Positions 53,408 to 64,000 of a DNA stretch of 64,000 bases are shown here, one piece after another. The notes below the pieces were generated by a model. It saw only the letters and a list, made by a program, of their open reading frames with translations, did not search any database and was not told the DNA's origin. The position numbers and the translations under genes are program-made. This DNA comes from the human T2T-CHM13v2.0 reference genome, Homo sapiens: NCBI RefSeq assembly GCF_009914755.1, contig NC_060925.1; one strand, written 5' to 3'. Within the stretch, counting starts at the first letter, position 1. The number at the start of each line of letters is the position of its first letter.

Positions 53408-54648
53408 TGTATCAGTCAGGGTTCTCCAGAGGGACAGAACTAATAGAATTTATGTATATGTAAAAGGGAGTTATTTTTTTTCAACTTTTAAGTTCTGGAT
53501 TACATATGCAGGATGTGCAGGTCTGTTACATAAGTAAACATGTGCCATGGTGGTTTGCTGCACAGATCAACCCGTCCCCTAGGTATTAAGCCCAGGATCC
53601 ATTAGCTATTCTTTCTGATGCTCTCCCCTACATCCCTGACAGGCCCCAGTGTGTGTTGTTCCCCCACGTGTCCATGTGTTTTAACCACTCAGCTCCCACT
53701 TACAACTGAGAACACAGAGTGTTTGGTTTTCTGTTCTTGCGTTAGTCTGCTGAGGCTAATGGCTTCCAGTTCCATCCATGTCCCTGCAAAGCACATGACG
53801 TCATTCCTTTGTATGGCTGCATGGTATTCCAGTGATTACTTAAAAATCAAGAAACAACAGATGGCTGGCGAGAAAAGAGAAAAAGGAACGCTTTTCCACT
53901 GTTGGCGGGAGTGTAAATTAGTTCAACTATCGTGGAAGACAGTGAATCTTCTAGATTCAAAGATCTAGAAGCAGAAATACCATTTGACCCAGTAATTCCA
54001 TTATTGGGTATATACCCAAAGGAATATAAATCATTCTGTTACAAAGATACATGCACGTGTATGTTTATTGCAGCAGTATTCACAATAACAAACTCATGAA
54101 ATCAACCCAAATGCCCATTCATGATAGACTGGATAAGGAAAATGAAAGAGAGTTTATTAAGCAGTATTGACTCACACTATCACAAGGTGAAGTCCCACGA
54201 TAGACCGTCTGCAAGCTGAGGAGCAAACTGAGCCAGTAGTGGCTCAGTCCAAGTCAAAAAGCCTCAAAAGTAGGGAAGCCAACAGTGCAGCTTTCACTCT
54301 ATGGCCGGAGGCCCAAGAGCCCCAGGTAGACCACTGGTGTAAATCCAAGATTCCAAAAGTCCAAGATCCTGGAGTCTGATGTTTGAGGGCAGAAAGCATC
54401 CAGCATAGGAGTAAGATGAAAGCCAGAAGACTCAGCAAGCCAGCTTATTCAACCTTCTTCTGCCTGCTTTTTCTAGCCACACTGGCAGCCCATTGGATGG
54501 TGCCCGCTTACACTGAGGATGGGTCTTCTTCTCCCAGTCCAATGACTCAAATGTTAATCTCCTCTGGCAACACCATTACAGACATATCCAGAAATAATAC
54601 TTGCATCCTTCAATTCAATCACGTTGACACTAAATGTTAACCATCACA
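53408..54648 (-). mobile_element. MLT2A (ERVL) LTR nested in the MST and split by an L1PA
   Basis: Starts tgtatcagtcagggttctccagagggacagaactaatag and ends gttgacactaaatgttaaccatcaca; perfect TSD acctc. Confidence 0.9.
53474..54144 (-). mobile_element. 5'-truncated, 5'-inverted L1PA (minus part 53474-53831, inverted part 53832-54144)
   Basis: Antisense L1PA 3' UTR (catgtgccatggtggtttgctgcac, ctaggtattaagccc) is joined to sense ORF2-end sequence (gaaataccatttgacccag...gatagactggataa.gaaaatg); TSD aaag(g/a)gagtt. Confidence 0.9.
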
Positions 54649-55811
54649 ACCTCCCTCCTCTCTCTTGCTCCTGCTTGTGCCATGTGATGTGCCTGCTCTC
54701 TCTTAACCTTCTGCCATGACTGTAAGTTCCCTGAGGCCTCCTCAGAAACTGAGCAGATGCTGCAATGCTTCTTGTACAGCCTGCAGAAGCAGAGCCAATT
54801 AAATGTCTTTTGTTTATACATTACCCAATCTCAGGTATTTCTCTATAGCAATGTGAGAATAGCCTAACACAATGACTATTTGAAACAATGAGACAAAACT
54901 CACATTATTTTCAGAAGATATAATAAGCTTGAAAAATTCAAGAGAATATATTTTAAAAATGGCGTTACTAAGAGTGCTCAGTAAGTTAACCAGATGAACA
55001 CAATAAAATCTATGTAGAACATTAGAGTAAAACTGGCAGAAACATGCAGGAGATAGGCATAAATTTATTAATCTTTATCAAAGTAGATAAATGAAAATCT
55101 GAATGAATGGAGGAATTTATGCTTCCGAATTGGATGACTTGATATTATCAAATAGTTAATTTTCCCTAAATTAATGTCTGAATTAAATGATTTTTCAATC
55201 AAACTTTCAACTATTTATAGAACTTTACAACCTGATTCTGGTTAGCTGGCAGGAGTAACATACTTAAATAAGAATAAAGAATAATAATTTAAAATAATAT
55301 AGAAGAAATTGCTTTACCAGATGTCTATCAAAATATACTATGAAGTCTAGTAATTAAAACAACATGGTACTAGCATAGGTATAGATATATAGATGTAGAT
55401 CATTTGTATAAATGTTTAAAAATGTGAAGCAATTTTATGCTAAAGGCAGTATTTTGAATGTGTGGGAAAAGATAAAATATTTATTAAGTAGTGTTGAGAC
55501 AGTGGCTATCTTTACTAAAAATAATAAAGAGGTTCCTACCTCACATTACACACACAAATAATTTGATTTATCAAAAATAGATGAAAATATTAAAATTTAA
55601 AATTATTAGATGAACTCTAAGAGAATGTTTGGTTTTATTTTTTAGGTAAGTCAAAGGTCCTGTTTGTGCAGAGACATAAAAAGCACACTTATGAACGCTT
55701 AAAGAAATGCAAATTGTTAATATTTTTTTGAAGATCTGTTACTTGACATCATCTTATCAGATAGAAAATGGGCACATCACTTTTCTCAGCAATTCTACTT
55801 TTATAAAGCTA

Positions 55812-55890
55812 TTGGCTGGTGCAAAAGTGATTGTGATTTTTGCCATTATTTTCAATGGCAAAAACCGCAATCACTTTTGCCTCAGCCTAA
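55812..55890. mobile_element. MADE1 (Hsmar1-derived MITE)
   Basis: ~80-bp palindrome ttggctggtgcaaaagtgattg.gatttttgccatt..aatggcaaaaaccgcaatcacttttgc..agcctaa, flanked by TA. Confidence 0.93.
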
Positions 55891-56059
55891 TACAAAACCA
55901 TCTTACAGAAGTACTCACACACACAAAGATGCTACATGCCAGGGTACTCACTTCAGTATTGTTTTTAACATTGAAAAACTTAACTAAATGTGGGAACAGT
56001 TGAATAATTGTGACTCATTCATACCATGGAATCCTTATAAACATTTAAAGATATATCTT

Positions 56060-56730
56060 CTTTGGGAGAAGTAGCATAACTCCCCACCACTGAAGTGTGG
56101 GATGTACATTATGAATTCCTTCTTACAGTATGAAAAAGGGTGCCAAAAAAGTAACTTTACAGTAGAAAAACATGACAAATCAGATGATCAAGGTGAACAT
56201 CATTAGTAACAAGTCACGTTAGTGGCATGTGCCCTTGCATAGTATAATGAGAATGAAACTCCACTTCTGTGGTATTCTTCCAAAACACCCATAACCTGTA
56301 CCTAACTATGAGAAAAACATCAGAACAAACCAACAAACAAACTGAAGAGTATCCTACAAAATACCTAACCAGCGCTCCTCACAGTGTCAAAATCATCAGC
56401 AAACAAAGAAAGTATAAGAAAGGGTCACAATCTAGATGCTAGTAAGGAGACATGACAACTAAATGTCCTGTTGTATTTTGGTTGGGATTCTGGAGCAGAA
56501 AAGGGCATTAGTTTAAAAATAAGAGAATTAAGAAAATGTAATGTATGGACTTGAGTTTAATAATAATATGGATATTGGTTTATTCGTTGTGACAAATATA
56601 CCACATAGTAATATAGGGCAATAACAATAGGGGAAGCTGGGTGAAGGGTATAGAAAAACCTTTCTGTACTAACCTTGCTACTTTTCCATAAATATAAAAC
56701 TATACTATAATTGACAAAATTATTATTTTA
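56060..56730 (+). mobile_element. L1MC/L1MD 3' UTR
   Basis: agtaactttacagtagaaaaac, gatcaaggtgaacatca, ggagacatgacaactaaatg, ggggaagctgggtgaagggtata. Confidence 0.8.
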
Positions 56731-56799
56731 AAATGGTGTACTTAAATATATAGGTTTATATGGTCTTACATAGAGTCTTTAAGATATTTAAGAAAAAGC

Positions 56800-57086
56800 G
56801 GTCAGGCACAGTGGCTCACACCTGTAATCCCAGCACTTTGGGAGGCTGAGGTGGGCGGATCATGAGGTCAGGAGATCCAGACTATCCTGGCAAACATGGT
56901 GAAACCCCATCTCTACTAAAAAAAAAATACAAAAATTAGCTGGGCGTGGTGGTGCGTGCCTGTAATCCCAGCTACTCAGGAGGCTGAGGCAGGAGAATCA
57001 CTTGAACCCTGGAGGTGGAGGTTGCAGTGAGCCAAGATCACGCCACAGGACTCCAGCCTGGTGGCATAGTGAGACTCCGACTCAAA

Positions 57087-57117
<31 letters not shown>

Positions 57118-57119
57118 AA
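56800..57119 (+). mobile_element. AluSc-like
   Basis: ggatcatgaggtcaggagatc..actatcctggc; AluS right arm; (TAAA)n tail. Confidence 0.92.
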
Positions 57120-57311
57120 GCAAGTCACAGAAAATTCATATACTATGATTTTACTTATAGTAAAACACCAAATTAGGAGATGCATATATGTGTGATAATT
57201 AAGAGGAAAAATAGTCTGTAAAAATATACACCAAACTACTGAGTTTGTGAAGTGCAGTGAAACAATGGATGATTGCCAAGATTTTCACCAAATTTACTAC
57301 TCCTTGGATGC

Positions 57312-57553
57312 TGATATGGTTTGGCTGTGTCTCTACCCAAATCTCACCTTAAATTTTAGTTCCCACAATCCCCATGTGTCGTGGGAGGGACCTGGTAGGA
57401 GGTAATTGAATCATGGGGGCCTTTAGACCCATGCTTCTGTTCTCGTGATAGTGAATGAGTTCTCACGAGATCTGATGGTTTTATAAGGGGCTTTCCCACC
57501 TTTTGCTCGGCACTTCTCTTTGCTGCCACTATGTGAAGAAGGATGTGCTTCCC
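57312..57553 (+). mobile_element. THE1 (THE1D-like) LTR, 3'-truncated
   Basis: tgatatggtttggctgtgtc..acccaaatctcacctt...gtgaatgagttctcacgagatctgatggttttataaggggc...tgtgaagaagga, then homology stops abruptly. Confidence 0.9.
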
Positions 57554-57969
57554 GGCACGAGTGCCCCGAAGGGTAGTTCCGGGAACTTGCTCCAAAAGTA
57601 GGCCTCCACTTTGGAGACAAAGCCACATCAGTTATTTGAACAGAGGAGAGTTAATATAAAGAATTGTTAATCAGGGAAAGGGAAGCATAAGTAGCATGTG
57701 TAAAGGGTCAGCTACTACCACTAGGCCGAATGAGAGTAGACAATGAAAGAACTAAGGTCTCAGAAGAACTACTCTCCCACCGACACACACACACACACTT
57801 CAGGCTGAGATTGAGACTTTTTGACATAACTGCACAGATCTCACATGATCACAGGAAAGACTGACAGCAATTTGATGCACAAAGTAAAGCTCTGCCAACC
57901 CTCCTCCTGTAGCTATTAATAAAACTACTTCATGAAAAATGAAAAGCCCGTGAGAAATGCTGAACCAAG

Positions 57970-58035
57970 TGGGACACCAGAATAACAGGTATAACTGGGA
58001 CTGTTCCAGACAAACCAAGGTGTATGGTCATCTTA
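57970..58035 (+). mobile_element. MER81-like right-end fragment
   Basis: aacaggtataactgggactgttccagacaaacc..gtgtatggtcatctta. Confidence 0.5.
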
Positions 58036-58953
58036 CCGGTATGTTGTAGTCCAAGAGGATGAGGATTATGTTTCCTATTTAACATTCTTGTCTTCAGTAT
58101 ATTCAATCAGAATGTCCCCAAAAGGAATGGATACATTTAAAAGACAAACAGACCTTTCTAATTGCCATCCAACACCTTGTCATTTAATATTTCCAGGTAA
58201 CACCCTTGGAATTAATGGGGAGAATGACAAGGCACTAACGAGGCACTAATGGAAGTTTCCCGGTGGTATTACATCAGAAACACTCATTTCCCTTCAAATA
58301 CAAAATCTGGCAAACCAATTAATGTGATGCTTTCAAACTGAGGTCCCCGGGATTCTGTACATTCCAGAGTCAGCAAGTACTCCACAATATTTCCCTTTCA
58401 TAGCATGCTTTCATTTTGGTAATGAGCTGAACATTTTAATATAAGCATGTTTTAGATTATCTACTTGGCCACTATATAGGGGAGTTCTCTTGAATTTAGG
58501 ATCACGTAGATGCTAAGTGGTATTAATTTAATTGTATTGTAGTACGGTAGTGAAAAATAAGAGGCAAATCTGATGTAAATAATTTGTTAGCTCTATGGAC
58601 TAGCCACATAATATCCAGGAAGACTTTGTCACAGTTTAAATAGAAATAAGTGGCAGGAGAACTTAAGAGACAAGAGATTTGGGCAAATTGAATATATGCA
58701 TTAGTACAGTCACATTCAACACAATCAGCACCAAAGCAGTCAATATTGATTCCAGTTGAAATAGCAATTTAGCTTTAGCAAGACAGTATCACAAATCACA
58801 GACAAGGAGACTCCATGGAGCCATTTAGGCTGGCTACACATGGAGAATGACAACACCATTCCCTAAAGGTTCTCAACATCCAGACCTTGATTCTTATGGA
58901 CACGTCCTCATCCTAATTAAAACCCTCTTCCCTCAGTGAACGCGTGAAACACT

Positions 58954-59530
<577 letters not shown>

Positions 59531-59816
59531 TGCATGCTTATTTTATCCCCAATTCTTTCTATTACTCAGGAAATGTGTGTGCTGAGCCAATTATCTCTAT
59601 TTGATTCATTTGGCCAGTGCTTCATTGAGTAGTAAGTGCAGGGGACTTTGGGGATATTAAAGTTATTAGAAATATAAATAATAGCAAATCAGTAACTATA
59701 TATTTCAAAACACCACTAAAGAATTGGGTATGCCATATTACTGTTTAAAGGATAACATGTATAATTCCCCAGATACATATGAGTTTCATTTAGTATAAAA
59801 ATTAAGAGTAAAGTGA

Positions 59817-60135
59817 GGCCAGGCGCGGTGGCTCATGCCTGTAATCCCAGCACTTTTGGAAGCCGAGGCGGGCGGATCACGAGGTCAGGAGATCGACACC
59901 TCCTGGCTAACACGGTGAAACACCGTATCTACTAAAAATCCAAAAAAAAAAAAAAAAAAAAAAAAAATTAGCCGGGTGTGGTGGCGGGCACCTGTAGTCC
60001 CAGCTACTCAGGAGGCTGAGGCAGGAGAGTGGCGTGAACCCAGGAGGTAGAGCTTGCAGTGAGCCGAGATCGCGCCACTGCACTCCAGCCTGGGCGACAG
60101 AGCGAGACTCTGCCTCAAAAAAAAAAAAAAAAAAA
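59817..60135 (+). mobile_element. AluY with an expanded central A-tract
   Basis: ggatcacgaggtcaggagatcga, ggctaacacggtgaaac, tggcgtgaaccc, gagcttgcagtgagccgagatcgcgcc; TSD aagagtaaagtga. Confidence 0.95.
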
Positions 60136-61203
60136 GAGTAAAGTGAAAAAGAATTTTATTTCAGATTGGATTTACATCAGCAATGGTAGCTAATCTTCCA
60201 TCAAATGTATAGAACACAACAAAAATTGGTGGATTTAAAATTTCAGCATAATTAAATCCTTTTAGATTTTTTTTTGAAATTACCTACACAAGAACCACTT
60301 AATTTCAAGGTAAGGGGTAACTAATGTGCATTAGTAATTAAAGATAGCTGGCAGAGGGAGTAGATGAGGTGTTTAGAGGAAGAATTTGTGGCTTAGTATT
60401 TTCAACCAAGCCAGGAAAGAAAACCCTCTGATTTAACCTCCAATGAAAATTTCGATTTTAATTATGATAATGATGTTATTTAAATTAGCTTCACGTCTAT
60501 TAACATATATACACTCCCAGGATCTCTAGGCACAAATGCCAGTGACCTTCCCCATAACTTGAGATGCCTTTTGCCTTTCATTCAGAAAAGGGGAATCTTT
60601 CACAGCAGAGCAATAGCTTGAACAGATTGCTCAGTAGAGAGCATATTTCTAGGAAATAGTCAAACATGGGCACACGTTCCTGGAGTAGGTATATATTTAT
60701 ATACTGAATGAGTTTCAGAAATGCCAAGTTTCAGGCAGCAAAAGACATCCACTTTGTATTCAGAGAAAGAGGAGGACATTTAAAATAAAATAGATTTAGG
60801 AACTAATGTAATGCAAAACTTGAACATGTGCAGACTTTGTTACAGACCAGGTCCCCACTTCATGGTGTGTTTAATAAAAGATAAGGAAACTTTAAAGGTT
60901 GAGAAGTTTAAGTTCTCTGAAAATATAAATGATTCTTTGCTGCTTCTCTGAACCCCTGTGAACAATTTTACCTAAGAACATTTGACATTTTAGGAGAACC
61001 TACACATTACTTACTTCTGGAAAGCTTCTAGATTCTAAGTTAATATTATCCTATTCCATTTTAAAAAACATTTTTAGAAAAGAATTTGACCAAGAGCCTA
61101 GGGTTAAATCTAAATAATGAAAAATATCAAAGAATCCTTTCAATCTTAGTAAAGTTAAGTGACAAAGTCAACTGCCTTAAGTAAGCTGCTATGTTGCCTC
61201 CAG

Positions 61204-61269
61204 GTGCTTCCTCTACAAGGAGTTCCTCAGAGAGGCTAGGATATCGGTGGAAAAAAAAAGTCTGGCAAG
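61204..61269 (+). other. Candidate internal exon (66 nt)
   Basis: Acceptor tgttgcctccAG|G; strong donor AAG|GTAAGA. Confidence 0.35.
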
Positions 61270-61848
61270 GTAAGAGGAAGTTAAATATGATGAGACCACA
61301 AAGCAAATATGTTAACTCCTTGAATCTTATCAGCATTCAGGAAACAGTTTGTTCATTCAGTCAAAGGATCTCCCAAGATCCTCCATTACCTGAATTAGTG
61401 CGGTATTCAAGGCACTTTGCAATTTTTGCTGAAACGTAACTGTAGAGTCTTATTTTTCATCTCACCCCTTTAGACCCACCCACTCCTCAGCTTGTGCTGT
61501 GGTAGGACACAGTGTGTCAATTCACACACCTGTGATTTCTTTTCCCACTCTGTGGCCTCTTTCTGGCATTCCTGACCGGCCAGATAAAATTTGACCACCT
61601 TGATGAAACTCCCTGAATCTCAGGCGAAATTAATAACTTGGTTCTTTGTGCATGTTTGAACATAGCATTGGTTACATTTTCCTTTAACTATTTATATTTT
61701 TGTCTGACCTTCTCACCAGACAATGTAAAGGGCAAGGATATTATATTATTCACTTTTTAGTCTTCTAAATTAAGCACCATATCATCAGTGTTCTGTAGCA
61801 TATCATTAGGTTATACATGAACAAATTCAAAATATGCTCAAAAAGCAT

Positions 61849-62020
61849 TCTGCTAAACAAAGTTAAACAGGTTTATTTACTACAGGACTTCTTAGAATCT
61901 TCAATATGCTAATTTATATTAGTTTACACCTAATATGCTATGTAGCATATTACACTGGATTTCACAGTTATGTACTATGTAATCCCATTTAGGGGAAACC
62001 TCTTCTATTGAACATACTTT
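61849..62020. mobile_element. hAT-Charlie (Charlie4-like) fragment
   Basis: taaacaaagttaaacaggtttatttactacaggacttcttagaatcttcaatatgctaat matches Charlie4-family sequence as recalled. Confidence 0.55.
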
Positions 62021-63267
62021 AGTAGTTGCCTTCTTAGCACATAATAGATATTCAAAAAATGTGTGTGAATTAAATCTATAAACCATTATTTTTGTACACT
62101 ATAAGTGATTTAATTTATCATGGAGTTTGGATTTCTCTACAGAAATAGCACTGTCCAGTAGTTAACCTATTCACTTGGAAAATTACTGTTGCCCTTTCTG
62201 GGCAATGGAGTATTTGATAAATCACACAGCTTATCTTCATCCCTATTTCCCTATGTTTGGAGCAGGTAATAATCACTTTAATGGTGCTTAAGGATTGTTT
62301 TGAAGTACTCTATTTTGTTGAAGTGCAACTTGAAATAAAGATAGATGATTATTGACTAGAACCATTATAAAAAAATAACAGCTTGCTTTGGTATAGAGAA
62401 AAAGACTAAGTCTGTGTCATTTTGTCTGAGATATAATTGGTATTTTCAGCCATAATGAATAAGCCTTTCATTTTGGTTTAGTGGGAGTTCTTATATAGAG
62501 CAAACCATGTCCTTGGGGGGAAAAAAGTCTTCCTTACCCTAAATTATCTACCATAACTAATTCCTTCAAAGTCATTGGAAAAAAAATAGACATATTTTCT
62601 GACTTTGGTTTCTGGCTCAAGATCTCTCTAAGTTCCCTGAATATATTTAATTAAAACCTTCATATAAAAATCACATGAAACAGATTTTTGAAGCCCTGTA
62701 ATCTGGGCTATTTGTAGGAGTCGTCACCTTGCTACAGACAGACTTCTCTTGGTGGAAAAATCCTCTTAACCAATCGTCAGCTAAAGGTCACTTGCGAGTG
62801 TGCAATGCTTAGTGTTTCTCCAGGCCCAGTTTTGCATTACTTCTTGTTTCACTGTAGGTTTTCCTCAACTTCCAAGCTAGCAATTAGCCTCATAATTCAA
62901 ATATCTTTCAAATAAGAAAAAGCAAACCATTTTATTGAATAATTTCGTATTTTTCACTGTACTGCAAATTAAATACAATTTCTAACTACAAAGATTAGAC
63001 TAAGTAGAACTATTTCACACAAAAGTAGCTTGTTGATGAGAATATCTGGCCCTGGGATATTTCAATTCTCCACCTGGAGGCTAAGCTTCCAAGTTGTTTG
63101 TCCGCTATCATGGCCTTTGTTCTTTACATTTCCTGGCAAATGGTATCCATGGAGAATAACTGTTGCAACAAAATAATATAATTCCATTGTGTTTGGTGAA
63201 CGTTAGGGGAGGACATGTGAAACCAATATATTTCATCCACTTATGACGCAAAAATGGTTAAATTGGG

Positions 63268-63380
63268 ATTGATTCAATAAATATTTACTGCAAGCTTTCT
63301 ATGTGCTGGGCACTGCTTAGGCCCTGGGGATAAAGCAATGAGCCAGACACAGTTTCTGTCCTAATGAAACTTAACGTTCT
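63268..63380 (-). mobile_element. L2 3' end
   Basis: attcaataaatatttactg...ctatgtgctgggcactg...ctggggataaagcaatgagc. Confidence 0.75.
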
Positions 63381-64000
63381 ACTCTTTTAGTTGAGCAAAA
63401 TATGTGTGTTCTTCTTCTGTTTCTTCTCTATACCTAAGCATCCCTTTATAACTTTTTGGTTCCTTTTTTCCTAGTAAAGTTCTTCACTTTTTTATGTGCT
63501 TTGCATAAATTAAACTCTGGAATGAGAAAAATAGTAATGCTTAACTCAATGTAACTGAGCAGATTAAGGTGATAAGGTGAGAAATAAAATTATTTCACCT
63601 CATTTTCAATGGTTTACAGTTAATATGTATATACAGTAAGCTCATATGCTCAACCATGACCACTAAGGTAGATATAGTTTGTACCCAGTCTCCCAAGCAC
63701 CCAGATATTTCTCCAGCAAAAGATGACCCTTTGTCACATATTCACTCAAAACTATCTCCGACGCTTGCTTTAACTGATTTCTCAGACATAAAAATATGCA
63801 GGAGACTGGGAGTTCATACTTTTAAAAATTTTCTTCCAATAAATCCCTTTAGTATTGGCTCTGATCATTGCCATTGCATGATACAAATTGTGTTAAGGAA
63901 GATCTTAAAAACTTGCAGAATTAGATTCAGAATTTTAGAGCTGGAAGACAAAACAAGGATCCATTGTCTTCCATCTCAGTTCTCTTTCCACACAGAGCCA

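Larger units (their letters stand above)
53243..54871 (+). mobile_element. MST (MSTA/B) LTR in two pieces (53243-53407 and 54649-54871)
   Basis: tgatatactttggatgtgtgtcc..cccaaatctca..., resuming at ccttctgccatgactgtaagttccctgaggcctcc...ctcaggtatttctctatagcaatg...taacaca; TSD aggac/atgac. Confidence 0.88.
52730..56050 (+). mobile_element. Highly decayed L1M ORF2 hosting several later insertions
   Basis: Collinear ORF2 remnants: aaaatcttaaataaaacatt, atggttcaaca, tttgataaattgaa, gtaattaaaacaacatggtactagcatagg, cctacctcacattacacac. Confidence 0.6.

Overview
AT-rich, CpG-poor primate (very likely human) non-coding DNA, either a large intron or intergenic/lncRNA territory. I find no supportable protein-coding region, RNA gene, CpG island or CRISPR array. 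The supplied ORFs are short and are explained by Alu/L1/LTR sequence, microsatellites or chance. Much of the window is interspersed repeat: about 10 dimeric Alus plus monomers, L1 fragments of several ages, L2/MIR, MaLR/ERVL LTRs, and hAT and mariner fossils. Subfamily calls come from my recollection of consensus sequences, not from a search. The most unusual signals are: (1) a 63-bp CpG-rich run of four back-to-back mini-hairpins exactly where a THE1 LTR is cut off (57554-57616), resembling snap-back or templated repair filler; (2) a four-level nested insertion (old L1 > MST > MLT2A > twin-primed inverted L1PA) with TSDs visible for the three inner elements; (3) an essentially undiverged AluYc1; (4) a perfect 36-bp palindrome; (5) a palindromic E-box/HRE pair; (6) several candidate non-coding exons and microexons on both strands. 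I cannot identify the host gene and see no convincing new multi-gene system.
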